The notes under the pieces are model-generated. The model was not told where the DNA came from. It searched no databases and worked only from the letters and a program-made list of their open reading frames with translations. The translations under genes and the position numbers were made by a program. Shown in pieces: positions 1 to 10,307 of a stretch of DNA of 64,000 bases; positions within the stretch are counted from its first letter, which is position 1, and the number at the start of each line of letters is the position of its first letter. This stretch comes from Caldora sp. (lineage in GTDB: Bacteria > Cyanobacteriota > Cyanobacteriia > Cyanobacteriales > Coleofasciculaceae), in the NCBI GenBank assembly GCA_965222765.1, contig CBDCVG010000043.1, forward strand, positions 97,053-161,052, given 5' to 3'.

Positions 1-1434
1 GCAAAAGTTCCTTTACTTATCGCTGCCGATATCGAAGAAGGGGTAGGTCAACGGTTTGCTAGTGCTACCTGGTTTCCTCCACCTATGGCAATTGGGGCAG
101 TTGCGGCTAAAGATGATCACAAAGCGCAGCTGTATGCTTCTCAAATGGGAGCCATCACTGCCCAGGAAGCCTTGGCAATTGGCATTAACTGGATACTAGC
201 ACCAGTAGTTGATGTCAACAACAATCCCCAAAATCCAGTGATTAATGTGCGGGCATTTGGTGAAAAAACAGCAGTTGTCAGTCAATTAGCTACTAGCTTC
301 ATCCAAGGTACTCAAAAGTATCCTGTGTTAACTACTGCTAAACATTTTCCTGGACATGGGGATACAGCAACAGACTCCCATCTAGAGCTGCCTGTATTAC
401 CTCATTCCCTCTCACGGCTAGAGGAAGTTGAATTGCCACCCTTTAAAGCTGCGATCGCTTCTGGGGTAGATGCCGTTATGACTGCCCACCTTTTGATTCC
501 GGCTTGGGATGAAAAATACCCAGCCACATTATCTCGACAGGTGCTGAGTCAATTGCTGCGGGGCAGTTTGGGATTTGAAGGATTGATTGTTACTGATGCT
601 CTAGTTATGGGGGGTATCGCTAATGATTATGGTGCAGATGAAGCCCCAATTATGGCAGTGGAAGCAGGTGCTGATATTTTGTTGATGCCCGTTAGCCCAG
701 CAAGAGCGATTAAATCGGTATGTGAGGCTGTAGCTACAGGGCGCATTTCACCAGAGCGCATTAAAGCCTCAGTCAAGCGTATTTGGGAAGCTAAGGCTAA
801 AGTATGCGGGAAATTAGGCACACAAGCAAGCAGAGAAAAAGATTCCGATTTAAAAGCCCTAACTCAAAACCCTTTACTTGAACTCGCACAACCATCCGCC
901 TTCACTACAGTAGCCAATATTCTGCAAGATTCTCAGAAAGTTGGTGGTTCGATACCTTTGCCACCAGAACCTCCCAATACTAACCGTAAATTCTATAACC
1001 TGATTGTGGTGGATGATGCCTTAAATTGTGACTTTTTGGGACGTAATGCTCCTGCAGTAGTACTACCAAGACAGCTAGGTTACGAATTACAACTATTAGA
1101 CCGCCATACTCCATTGATTGCTCAAGATTCATGGGATTCTAGTTTAAATCAACCAACTCTGGTACAGTTGTTTATTCGAGGTAATCCGTTTCGGGGTAGT
1201 ATAGGTCTAACGCCAGTGGCAGAAAATTTCCTTAATAAACTCTTAAAAAAGAATAATCTACAAGCTCTGGTGGTTTATGGTAGTCCCTATGTCTTAGAGC
1301 AGCTTCAGCCAAGTTTGTCTTCAGAGATACCTTATGTGTTTTCCTATGGGCAGATGCCAGAAGCTCAGACTGTTGCCCTTGAGGTGCTCTTTGCTAAAAG
1401 CAATCGAGTTCAGACTGTTACACAATTTATTTGA
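1..1434 (+). CDS. Glycoside hydrolase family 3 protein (beta-N-acetylhexosaminidase, NagZ-like), 5' end truncated by window start
   Basis: Frame 1 is open from nt 1 (AKVPLLIAADIEEGVGQRF...) ahead of the ORF-track Met at 85. Contains the KHFPGHGDTATDSH motif typical of the GH3 N-terminal catalytic domain. Confidence 0.8.
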   Translation, partial: AKVPLLIAADIEEGVGQRFASATWFPPPMAIGAVAAKDDHKAQLYASQMGAITAQEALAIGINWILAPVVDVNNNPQNPVINVRAFGEKTAVVSQLATSFIQGTQKYPVLTTAKHFPGHGDTATDSHLELPVLPHSLSRLEEVELPPFKAAIASGVDAVMTAHLLIPAWDEKYPATLSRQVLSQLLRGSLGFEGLIVTDALVMGGIANDYGADEAPIMAVEAGADILLMPVSPARAIKSVCEAVATGRISPERIKASVKRIWEAKAKVCGKLGTQASREKDSDLKALTQNPLLELAQPSAFTTVANILQDSQKVGGSIPLPPEPPNTNRKFYNLIVVDDALNCDFLGRNAPAVVLPRQLGYELQLLDRHTPLIAQDSWDSSLNQPTLVQLFIRGNPFRGSIGLTPVAENFLNKLLKKNNLQALVVYGSPYVLEQLQPSLSSEIPYVFSYGQMPEAQTVALEVLFAKSNRVQTVTQFI

Positions 1435-1696
1435 GCTTTATTAACTTTGACTTAACCCACTCTTTACGGTTTCATCATCGATCAGTGCTGAGCTGAGGTG
1501 CGCGTAAATTATAGCGTGTCATGATTTTATCGATAAATAGGAATAGTTTTACCAAAGAGCAAGACTTTGACCTTTAGTAATTCCTATTAATGGGGGTAGA
1601 TGGTTAGTAACTTTCTATACAGAAATAAAATTATTCTCACGCTAACGATTCTTCGATTAGTATAAGTGTAGCTCCATTCTTTCGCAGGCTAGTACT

Positions 1697-1945
1697 ATGA
1701 GTGTCAACACATTACCATCTAAATCTAAACCTTCTGTGCGTTATTCCATCAATGTTCTCCAAGATGAAGCGCGTCAACTGGTGGAAAAAGGAATTGTCAG
1801 TCGTCAGCAGCCGATCTACGTCCTCTGTCAATACATTCCTGCTCGGGATTGGGTGTGTGTTGAGTTTGAACTAGAGGAGGGTGACTTTTTGCTACGCGAT
1901 CGTATTGCGGATCTTGTAGGTTCTGAAGAATGGGAAAACGACTAG
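1697..1945 (+). CDS. Hypothetical small protein (82 aa)
   Basis: Intact ORF with no recognisable motif. Convergent with the next gene across a palindromic hairpin. Confidence 0.35.
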   Translation: MSVNTLPSKSKPSVRYSINVLQDEARQLVEKGIVSRQQPIYVLCQYIPARDWVCVEFELEEGDFLLRDRIADLVGSEEWEND

Positions 1946-2112
1946 AGAACTTGACTTGAGCTGAGAGTAGAAAAAAAACTAAAGTTGAGAGCTGGCAATA
2001 ATTTGAACACTGTCAGGCTCCTTCCCTACTAACTGAAACTTCCCTACTAACTGAAAGTAGCATTTAAGCTAAATTTGGATTAAGCACTTTTTGACAAACT
2101 GTAAAAAACCTG

Positions 2113-2140
2113 TAGAGACGTTGCATGCAACGTCTCTACA
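2113..2140. terminator. 28-nt perfect palindrome (gtagagacgttgcatgcaacgtctctac), candidate bidirectional terminator or protein-binding site between convergent genes
   Basis: Perfect inverted repeat read directly from the sequence. Preceded by aaaaaacct, and a direct repeat cttccctactaactgaaa x2 lies at 2019-2054. Confidence 0.4.
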
Positions 2141-2201
2141 ATCTTGATATAACAGGATTATATTTGCCAAATTTGCTATGACGAATTGGGAATGGCAAGA
2201 T

Positions 2202-2660
2202 TTAGTTTGATTGCCGCAACTGTTCTAACTCGGTGCGGAGGGCAGAGATTTGCGCAGTTAGTTCTTCAATCTCTTGCTGTGTATTAGTTGTAGCAGTACT
2301 TGTCGGTGGTGTTGCCGATGTATTAGTAGATGTATCTGTTGATCCAGAACTACCGGAATTATCTGGTTGCGTCCACATTGATTCCATATAACTTCGGGCT
2401 TCTTGCTCAGTTATTTTTCCTTTTTCTGCCAACGTAGCCAACTGTTGATCAAAGTCTGAATTCAGCTGAGAAAAGTTTTCTTCTCGCTTTTGAGGATCTT
2501 GCAGAGATTCGATGAGGGCAGTTGTTGCTCCCAGTGAAACGTGGAAGCCAGTTTGTAGGAATTTTACGAGATTGTTGGAATCCATTGAATTAAAAACCCG
2601 CTGGAGACCCCTACCGGCTTGGTGTGGGGAGGAAGCGGGGCGGGTTTTACCACTTCCCAA
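2202..2660 (-). CDS. Hypothetical protein with a Thr/Ser-rich linker and C-terminal coiled coil (possible internal start at 2585)
   Basis: ORF track. Likely co-transcribed with the upstream gene 2696-3073, 35 bp gap on the same strand. Confidence 0.45.
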   Translation of the reverse strand: MGSGKTRPASSPHQAGRGLQRVFNSMDSNNLVKFLQTGFHVSLGATTALIESLQDPQKREENFSQLNSDFDQQLATLAEKGKITEQEARSYMESMWTQPDNSGSSGSTDTSTNTSATPPTSTATTNTQQEIEELTAQISALRTELEQLRQSN

Positions 2661-2695
2661 CTGGTTTAAAAAGTTGAGTTGTTAAGAAGTATAAC

Positions 2696-3073
2696 TTATC
2701 CAGCTTGCTCCAGGTACTGGTTTAAATCATCAATTAAGCGAGTCAGTTCAGCTTCCGTACTTAAGCGTATGCGATCATCACGAAGAGTAATGAGAACTTT
2801 CGCAGCAAAGGGACTACCATAGATATTGGGATTGCAGAAAACTTCGAGAAACACATTCCCACTAAATTGGTACTCCATAGGTTTTTGGGGAGTTGGTCTA
2901 CCAGAACCTGAAGCCTGGGTAGTAGCTTTGAGGCTCTGCATCAATTGAGCGATCGCACTTTTTAAATCTCTAGCAGCATCGGCGGTGAATGAGAAAGAAA
3001 CTGAACCATCAGCCAGATTCAGTGTTAAAGGTGAGGTAGACATAAGCAATTGGGAAAATTGATAACTCGCCAA
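2696..3073 (-). CDS. Hypothetical protein (125 aa)
   Basis: ORF track, coding-like composition, no motif recognised. Confidence 0.5.
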   Translation of the reverse strand: MASYQFSQLLMSTSPLTLNLADGSVSFSFTADAARDLKSAIAQLMQSLKATTQASGSGRPTPQKPMEYQFSGNVFLEVFCNPNIYGSPFAAKVLITLRDDRIRLSTEAELTRLIDDLNQYLEQAG

Positions 3074-3231
3074 ATAATATTACACGGATATTGGGAATTG
3101 CTAATTGCTAATTGTTAATTGCTAATTGTTAATCGAGAAGAAGATGTAGCTATATTGTCTTCTCCACTCCCCCGAGCTACATCAAACTCTCCTGCCTTTA
3201 TAGAGCAATTGAATATTTTATTTGAAATCCC

Positions 3232-3552
3232 TTATTTTCGTTGCCGACGCTGAGCTATTGCCAGCCTTCGTAAACGTGCTAGTAAAGGCTGTAATGAGGC
3301 TGGAGCAGTGACATCGTTAAATGCTAAAAATTTTTGTCTACTGCCATCGGATAGTGAGATGCTATAAAAGAACACATCAGGGGGACCGGATGTTCTAAGA
3401 GCAACTTCCTCTGGTTGAATCTCAAAAAAAACAGAGCTTTCTACCAGCCTCAAGAGTTCTTGGGCAAGTTCTTGGGGTAACTCATCAGTGTCTGCAAGAT
3501 AGGTTAGCTGAAGATTAGCAAACCCTCCTGAACATTTAAAATCAATTTGCAT
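3232..3552 (-). CDS. Hypothetical protein (likely start MQIDF at 3552; ORF track extends to 3687)
   Basis: The N-terminal 45 codons of the long ORF are Cys-rich and do not look coding. The internal ATG gives a 106-aa product. Confidence 0.4.
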   Translation of the reverse strand: MQIDFKCSGGFANLQLTYLADTDELPQELAQELLRLVESSVFFEIQPEEVALRTSGPPDVFFYSISLSDGSRQKFLAFNDVTAPASLQPLLARLRRLAIAQRRQRK

Positions 3553-3768
3553 AATCAGCACCCAACTTCTATCTTTGTAGGCAGTGCATGTACTTACTCT
3601 ATTAAACTTCAAGAGTGAATCTTTCCAAAAAGCCAGCGATCGTGTAGAGCTCTTACCAGTGAACTTGAGATTGTTGCAGCAGAGCAAAAAAAATTTCTAA
3701 TATATCCCCGTAAGTCAGCGGGATTTGGTTTAATCAAATCAATTGCAAATTTTTTTGACTAAGCAAAA

Positions 3769-5724
3769 ATGGCCCTGTCTCAATCATCTTGGAAAGCGCT
3801 ATCAGTTTTAATCGTTACAGCAGTTGCTACTACCACTGGGTTATACTCACCTACATCTACCCTAGCCGTCCCAGAAACAGAGCAAATTGTCCAGGGGGAG
3901 GAAGATTCTCAAGCTATCCCTAAACCCTCTGGACATACAGAAAACGTCAAATCTATTGCTATGAGCCCTGATGGTCAGATTCTCGTTAGTGGGGGTGATG
4001 ACCAGACTATCAATATCTGGGATTTAACTAGTGGTGAGCTAGTTCGTACCATTTCCTCAGAAAAATGGGTGTATGACATTGCTATTAGCCCAGATGGCAG
4101 AACTATTGCTAGTGGTAGTAGTGACCAAACGATCAAGATCTGGGATTCCTATACAGGAGAATTACTGCAAAGTCTTTCTGGACATAAGGACAACGTAATT
4201 GCTGTTGCCTTTAGCCCTGACGGACAAACTCTAGTGAGTGGTAGTTGGGACAAAACTATCCGAGTATGGGATCTAAATACAGGAGAGTTGATGCGAACTC
4301 TTTCTGGACACACCGGCTTAGTAGTTTCTCTGGCTATTAGTCCAGATGGTTTATTAATTGCCAGTGGTGATTCTGAGGGGGTAGTTAATGTCTGGAATCT
4401 GGACGCAGATGAGCCGGTCTACACCCTTACTGGACATTCAACTTGGGCTAGGTCTTTAGCTTTCAGCCCTGATAGTCAAACCTTAGTTAGTAGCAGTTTA
4501 GACAATAAAGATAGCATTAAGGTTTGGAACCTGCGGACTGGCAAACTCAGAAGAACCATCAGTTCAGGAGATTGGGTTTATTCGATTATTTTCTCGAGTG
4601 ATGGTAAAACCTTGATTGGTGGCACGAATCGCAAAACCCTCAAAAGTTGGAATCTGAAGACTGGTGAACTTAAAGGTACTTTTACTGGACATGAGGAACC
4701 GATTTATGCGATCGCTCTGAGTCCCGATGGCCAAACGCTTGCTAGTGGTGGTGGTGACAGGCAGATCAAGGTGTGGGAAGTCTCTCCCCTAGCAGAAACT
4801 ATTGCAAGGGAGGAAGTTGCACTACTCAACACCCTTACCGGTCATAGTGAGGGTGTTCGAGCTGTAGCAATTAGTCCTGATGGGCAAACTATTGTTAGTG
4901 GCTCTCTCGATAACACTCTCAAAATTTGGGAGCTCAGTACAGGTGAGTTGCTTCATACTCTTGAGGGACACGAACAACCGATTTGGGCGGTAGCGATTAG
5001 TCCTGATGGACAAACCATTGTTAGTGGTAGCCTGGACAATACTCTCAAAACTTGGGATCTCAATACAGGTGAGCTAGTTCATACCCTTGATGAGCACACA
5101 GAAGCAATTTTAGCTGTAGCCATTAGTCCCGATGGAGAAACTATTGTTAGTGGCAGTGCCGACAAAACGATTAAGATTTGGGAGATAGAGACAGGGGAGT
5201 TGCAGAATACTCTTGAAGGAAATACTGACTCTGTTGCCTCCCTTGCCATTAGTCCGGACGGACAAACCCTGGTGAGTGGGAGTGACGAAGTAATCAAAAT
5301 TTGGGAGCTAGAGACAGGAGACTTGCAAGATACTTTCACCGGACATGCTAACTACGTTGCCTCCCTAGCGATTAATGCCAGCGAGGATGCCTTCTTTGAG
5401 GGTTTAGGACCAAGACTAGTGAGTACCGGTGACGAAAAAATCAGGATTTGGAACCTCAAGACTGGAGAGTCACAAGATATCCTCGAAGGGCATTGGAGCC
5501 GTGTTTACTCCCTGGCTCTTAGCTCCAATGGACATACCCTAGTAAGTGGGGGAGTGGACAAAAATATCAAGCTGTGGAATTTGAGTACAGGTGTCCTCCA
5601 AGATATTTTCCCTGGACACGATGCTTGGATTTATTCCCTTGCCATCAGCTCTGATGGACAGACCCTTGTGAGTGGGAGCTTAGATAAAACCATTAAGATT
5701 TGGCAAATGCCCCAGAGATTTTAG
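3769..5724 (+). CDS. WD40 repeat protein (about 14 WD repeats) with an N-terminal signal/anchor
   Basis: Repeated GHxxxVxxVAISPDGQTLVSGSxDxTIKIW units. Confidence 0.9.
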   Translation: MALSQSSWKALSVLIVTAVATTTGLYSPTSTLAVPETEQIVQGEEDSQAIPKPSGHTENVKSIAMSPDGQILVSGGDDQTINIWDLTSGELVRTISSEKWVYDIAISPDGRTIASGSSDQTIKIWDSYTGELLQSLSGHKDNVIAVAFSPDGQTLVSGSWDKTIRVWDLNTGELMRTLSGHTGLVVSLAISPDGLLIASGDSEGVVNVWNLDADEPVYTLTGHSTWARSLAFSPDSQTLVSSSLDNKDSIKVWNLRTGKLRRTISSGDWVYSIIFSSDGKTLIGGTNRKTLKSWNLKTGELKGTFTGHEEPIYAIALSPDGQTLASGGGDRQIKVWEVSPLAETIAREEVALLNTLTGHSEGVRAVAISPDGQTIVSGSLDNTLKIWELSTGELLHTLEGHEQPIWAVAISPDGQTIVSGSLDNTLKTWDLNTGELVHTLDEHTEAILAVAISPDGETIVSGSADKTIKIWEIETGELQNTLEGNTDSVASLAISPDGQTLVSGSDEVIKIWELETGDLQDTFTGHANYVASLAINASEDAFFEGLGPRLVSTGDEKIRIWNLKTGESQDILEGHWSRVYSLALSSNGHTLVSGGVDKNIKLWNLSTGVLQDIFPGHDAWIYSLAISSDGQTLVSGSLDKTIKIWQMPQRF

Positions 5725-5894
5725 ATAACTCCAGTGGAGGAGAAATTTTATGAGTATAGAAGTTAGTAACAACAAGACTTATGGAAAGCATCTATTTATA
5801 GGGTATGTTGGCGTAGTTAACACATCTTTGACTCTATCTGTAGTGTAGCTGCCTAAGTTCTTAATAATTCCTATACATAAGGAAGGAGGAGACC

Positions 5895-6245
5895 ATGACA
5901 GAATTTTTAGATTTTCTTAAGCACAAATTTGCCTATGTTGCGATCGGAGAATTCAAACCAGGTAAGTTTGAAGAAGCAGAGCAGCTCTTTGAAAAAGCCG
6001 TATCAACTTATACCCACGGTTTTAAGGGAGCCTATCTACTGCAAGAACCTGGCACTGATAAAGGTATTGCTGTTATTTTTTGGGAAAATATTGACGATAT
6101 GGAAGACAATCAAAATGAGGCTTACCAAGCAATTTTGCACGAAATGTCTCCTTTGTTTGCCCAACCTCCAACCACATCTTTCTATGAAGTGTGTAGTGAA
6201 ATTCCAGGACAAAGTAGTGAGCGCCTAACGGCGAATGAAGAATGA
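5895..6245 (+). CDS. Hypothetical protein (116 aa); stop codon lies inside an STRR array
   Basis: ORF track. The C-terminal ANEE-stop is encoded by the gaatgaa heptamer repeats. Confidence 0.5.
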   Translation: MTEFLDFLKHKFAYVAIGEFKPGKFEEAEQLFEKAVSTYTHGFKGAYLLQEPGTDKGIAVIFWENIDDMEDNQNEAYQAILHEMSPLFAQPPTTSFYEVCSEIPGQSSERLTANEE

Positions 6246-6286
6246 AGAATGAAGAATGAAGAATTAAGAATTAAGAATTAAGAATT
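6234..6286. repeat. STRR heptanucleotide tandem array (AATGAAG x4 then AATTAAG x3)
   Basis: Read directly from the sequence. Confidence 0.85.
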
Positions 6287-6295
6287 CATTGATAG

Positions 6296-6470
6296 AATCG
6301 CTGAAAAAGAAGTCAGAAAATAGTCATATCAAGGGATTCAGCCATTCCTTTTCATTTTTAGTTTCTGCAGAGTAATGAGTAATGATTGAATTACCCTTGA
6401 TTAGCTTCCATATTTTTTCCATTGTGCAAGGATTTTGAGCCCATTGATATAAAAACCTTGCACCTTCTTG
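6296..6470. repeat. Dispersed repeat family 2, copy 1 (second copy at 18300-18560); ends in the 40-nt hairpin module shared with the MITE family
   Basis: gaagtcagaaaatagtcatatcaagg...ttttcatttttagtttctgcagagtaatgagt...ccattgtgcaagg recurs at 18300-18560. Confidence 0.5.
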
Positions 6471-6480
6471 AAAAATTACC

Positions 6481-6797
6481 TAGGGCTTGCTGTATAAGTC
6501 AATATGCACTCATTACTTAGGGCTTGCTGCAAAAGTGTGGAAACTATACCAGGCAAAGCTTTCAATCATTTTATACTTTGCCAAGTGCAAGGTTTTTGTA
6601 TCTTTTGGCTCAATTTCCTTGCACCGTAAGTCGAAAATCCCTAACACCTACTACCTCCAACCTCACCTACCACCTACCACCTACCACCTAACACCTATTC
6701 AAACCCGAAAGTTACGACTTATTCAGCAAGCCCTACTTATTACTCATTACTTATTACTTCAAAACCCGAATGAATCGATTTATTCAGCAAGCCCTAA
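6481..6797. mobile_element. Nested MITE-like elements of family 1 (terminal inverted repeats TAGGGCTTGCTG): outer ends at 6481-6500 and 6778-6797, full inner copy 6517-6735 in minus orientation
   Basis: The inner copy is near-identical to the reverse complement of 29355-29573. The element carries an internal TAGGTGG-type heptamer array and a tgcaaggttttt...aaaaaccttgca hairpin. Confidence 0.6.
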
Positions 6798-6817
6798 CTA
6801 TCACCTTGATGTCCGCC

Positions 6818-7057
6818 TTAGATTGTAGCCTTTTTAGTTCCTTCAATCATCATACCAACAAAGCCTAGATCATGAGTTTTCATAGCAAATCCTCTAGATT
6901 CAAGCAACTCCTGGAAATAGCTTAGGGGATAAGCATTAGCATAATGCAATCCCCCTTCTAAAATTACTTGATTGCCATCTATACTTTCTACCTTGAAATC
7001 CGTTTTATCATAATATCGTAAGCGTTCCTCCATTACGGCTGAGGTGCAGAGGATCAA
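6818..7057 (-). CDS. Hypothetical small protein downstream of the decarboxylase (possibly a gene fragment)
   Basis: ORF track; same strand and 55 bp after the decarboxylase stop. Confidence 0.3.
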   Translation of the reverse strand: MILCTSAVMEERLRYYDKTDFKVESIDGNQVILEGGLHYANAYPLSYFQELLESRGFAMKTHDLGFVGMMIEGTKKATI

Positions 7058-7111
7058 GAAATTTAAATCCCATCCCTTCGTAAAATTCTTGGCTATCTTT
7101 CATTGTTATTG

Positions 7112-8545
7112 CTATACTTCAGTGGGTTCGCACATTTTACCAGCATTCAGTAAATTATCGAAAAACCTTTCTAGATCGGCTTTTTGCAATTCAGAGTTAG
7201 CTAGAATTAAACGAATGATAATCTTACCTTGATAACGAGCCTGATTTACAAATGTTTCACCTGAGTAGATTAGTTTTTTGCGTATTTTTAGATTAAGCTG
7301 GTCTATAGTAGTAGAGTTAAGCTGATTTTCTTTGGGAAGATAACGGAAACAAATATTCAAAAATGTTGGTTGGGCTATCAACTCTAAATTATCACAACTA
7401 AGGATATACTCTGTTGCATAACTAGCAATTTCAAACAAATTATCCACCTGCTGCTGATAACCTTTATTGCCGTAGTACTTCCAACATAGCCATAGTTTTA
7501 GGGCATCTACTTTACGACCACATTGTAAGGACATTTGACCTAAATTATAGGAAGCATTTTCATCATCATGAAATAAATAATCTGTGCCTCCACCAGAACA
7601 AGCTTTTTGCAAGATTCCTTGCTCTTTCACTAAAATAGCTGAACAAATTAAAGGAACTCCCATTAACTTATGAGCATCCCAAGTGAAAGAATCAGCTAAC
7701 TCACTTCCTGTTAACAAATGCTTGTGTTTTTGACTAAATAACACAGGCGCACCCCAAGCACCATCTATGTGAAACCACAAGTCATACTTCCTAGTAATTT
7801 CAGCAATCGGAGGTAAAGTATCAAAAGCCCCTAACACTGTAGTTCCCGCAGTTGCACCGACAAAAAAAGGTGTTTTCTCCTCTGATAAACTCTGTTGAAT
7901 AGCAGTTTCTAATGCTTCGGGAATCATTCTCCCTTTAATATCAGACTTAACCTTGACTAAATTTTCTATACCTATTCCCATCAAATTAGCAGCTTTTCCA
8001 TAGGAATAATGCGCCTGCTCTGAAACAAATGCTACTAACTGATGATTACTTAATCCCTTCAATTTAGCTTCAGGTAAAACTTGATGTCGTCCACAAAGCA
8101 TTCCTATCAAATTAGCATTACTCCCTCCCGTCACTATCAAGCCTTCACCTTGATTAAACCCCACTAAATTATTCAATTTTTTAATCAATTCGATTTCCAT
8201 CAGTGTGGCTACTGGGGCAACATCATAGGTGTGCATGGTGGTATTAGTGGCACTAGTCACCATTTCTGCTAATATTCCGGGAATACTAGAGCCACTAAAG
8301 AGTAAATTGAAAAATTGAGTGCTACCTGTTCTGACACTATACTCAAGGTAAGATTCGACTACAGAAATTAATTCCTCTAAAACTACTCCCTCATCTGGTA
8401 AAGTTAAATCTAATTTTTCTTTGAGAACATCGGCAGTTTGAGAATTAACGACTTTTGTCTCTGGATACCAATTACTTTCTATATATTGGAGAATGAGAGC
8501 AACTGCTTTATTTAGTGTTGTTTGAGTATCGTTCATTAAGCACAA
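7112..8545 (-). CDS. Pyridoxal-phosphate-dependent decarboxylase, group II (DDC/GAD/DABA-decarboxylase family)
   Basis: SFTWDAHKLMGVPLICS matches the S-x-x-x-D-x-H-K PLP-lysine motif of group II decarboxylases. The 477-aa length fits. Confidence 0.85.
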   Translation of the reverse strand: MCLMNDTQTTLNKAVALILQYIESNWYPETKVVNSQTADVLKEKLDLTLPDEGVVLEELISVVESYLEYSVRTGSTQFFNLLFSGSSIPGILAEMVTSATNTTMHTYDVAPVATLMEIELIKKLNNLVGFNQGEGLIVTGGSNANLIGMLCGRHQVLPEAKLKGLSNHQLVAFVSEQAHYSYGKAANLMGIGIENLVKVKSDIKGRMIPEALETAIQQSLSEEKTPFFVGATAGTTVLGAFDTLPPIAEITRKYDLWFHIDGAWGAPVLFSQKHKHLLTGSELADSFTWDAHKLMGVPLICSAILVKEQGILQKACSGGGTDYLFHDDENASYNLGQMSLQCGRKVDALKLWLCWKYYGNKGYQQQVDNLFEIASYATEYILSCDNLELIAQPTFLNICFRYLPKENQLNSTTIDQLNLKIRKKLIYSGETFVNQARYQGKIIIRLILANSELQKADLERFFDNLLNAGKMCEPTEV

Positions 8546-8743
8546 ATAAGAACCAGGTTAGTGACGTTCTCCCCCGCTAACCCTTGCGGGTATAACGGGG
8601 GCTTCTAAAATAGAGACAGTTGAACCCCCGACTCTATTTGTAGCTTCGCGCTTCCCAGGCTGTCATCGACTAAGCCTCCACGCGCAGGGAAGATGAGTCC
8701 CACCTCGCTTAATGCTCGGTCTAAAATATTCCGAGCTGCGTTT

Positions 8744-9903
8744 TCATCTCTGTTCCAGGGTGATGCCACATTTGTGACATTCATGCAACCTAACAGACAA
8801 AGTTTTCGGTACTTTCACTCCACAGTTTGAGCAATTTTGTGATGTACCATGAGGGTTCACTGCAACCACTCGGACACCGCGTTTGACCGCCACTGCCTCC
8901 AAGATGGTGATGAATTTACCCCAAGCTGCATCCAAAATTGATTTGCTCAATCTTGTACGAGCTAGTCCTTTAATGTTCAAATCTTCCACTGCAATCAAGT
9001 CATATTGTTTGACCAGTTTGTGAGCTGTATTGTAATGGAAGTTTTTCCCTGATTCTGCCAATACGCTGATGAATTCTGGCAATGAAGTTCTTCTGTTTTT
9101 CAGCTCGTTTTGAACCACCTTTTTTACGTGCTAACTTACGTTGCTGACGAGCTAGATGAGACTGAGTTTTACGATAGGTTTGCTGAATTGGAACTGTCTC
9201 ACCATGTGAGGTTGTCAGAAATTCTTTGAGTCCGACATCAACACCAACAGCAGTCTGAACTTGATCTAATGGCATAGGTTCGGTAACTGTTTCATCCTGC
9301 ATAGAAATGCAACAGTACCAGCCATCAGCTTTGTGGACTATGGTGCAAGTATTGAGAGTAAAACCATCCGGAATAGGACGATGCATGATTACAGGCATCT
9401 GTCCTATCTTTGATAGTTTCAGTATCCCATTATTGATGTGCGCACCAGAATCGTTTACAGTTAACTCTAGGGTAAACAAATGAGCGAAGTGTACCTGCTT
9501 TTTTGAACCGTGGGCGTCCACCGCGTTTGCCAGACTTATCCGGAATTAGCCAGCGCTCCCAAGCTTTGTTTAATCTTTGCAGATTTACTTGTTGAGATTC
9601 TGACCAGATGTTTTTGTAGTCTGGAAAAAGTTTCTTTGTTTCTTTAAGAGCCGACTGTTGAGTGTAGTAGTTAACTTTTTCTGATATTTCCCCAATCGGC
9701 TCAGAAATCAGACTACAACGGTCAATCCGACAACGAGTTCTTCTTAGCCAATCTAACCTCTGACCGAGTGCGTAATTCCAATGCCTCCGAAGTAGCTCCA
9801 ATGTGTAGAACATGGATAGTTCTTGTTCGGCGCTGGGTTTAATTCGGTAGCAGTAGGTTAGAATCATAGTGATAATTTTACAGCTTATCGCCTGATATGA
9901 CAA
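8744..9903 (-). pseudogene. tnpB: tnpB (IS605 OrfB / TnpB RNA-guided nuclease family), disrupted by two frameshifts
   Basis: Three overlapping ORFs (9430-9903, 9000-9521, 8744-9118) together give the OrfB N-terminus, RuvC region and C-terminal CxxC...CxxC zinc finger (NCSNCGVKV...HECHKCG). Confidence 0.8.
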
Positions 9904-10307
9904 CAGCTTATGACAAGGGATTTAGGTCTGTATACTTGCTTACCGCTCACATCGTATTTGTCACCAAGTACCGCAAGAAGGTGATCAACAAAGACATCTA
10001 TCAACGACTTGCTAGTATCTTTGATGAAGCTTGCTCAAAATGGGAATCTTCCTTGCTAGAGTTTAATGGAGAAAAAGACCATGTACACTTAATAATTCGT
10101 TATCATCCGCAAATCCAACTAAGCAAGTTTATCGCTAACCTAAAAACGGTTTCTAGTCGTCTAATTCGCAAAGAGTTCGAGGATTATCTAAGCCGCGTTT
10201 ACCACAAACCTGTATTCTGGACTGGCTCTTATTTTGTTGCCAGTTGTGGGGGTGTAACGCTTGAACAACTCAAAAAGTATGTTGAGCAACAAACAACTCC
10301 AGATTAA
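9897..10307 (+). CDS. tnpA: IS200/IS605-family Y1 (HUH) transposase TnpA
   Basis: HVHLII HUH motif and SYFVASCGG catalytic-Tyr region; 136 aa. Confidence 0.85.
   Translation: MTTAYDKGFRSVYLLTAHIVFVTKYRKKVINKDIYQRLASIFDEACSKWESSLLEFNGEKDHVHLIIRYHPQIQLSKFIANLKTVSSRLIRKEFEDYLSRVYHKPVFWTGSYFVASCGGVTLEQLKKYVEQQTTPD

Noticed and set aside
5929-6228. Alternative-frame 99-aa ORF overlapping 5895-6245
   Set aside because: Same strand, different frame, low-complexity K/L-rich product. The 116-aa frame has the more protein-like composition.
6487-6828. ORF-track 113-aa ORF
   Set aside because: Lies entirely inside the nested MITE and is translated from heptamer repeats (PTTYHLTPIQ...). It is spurious.
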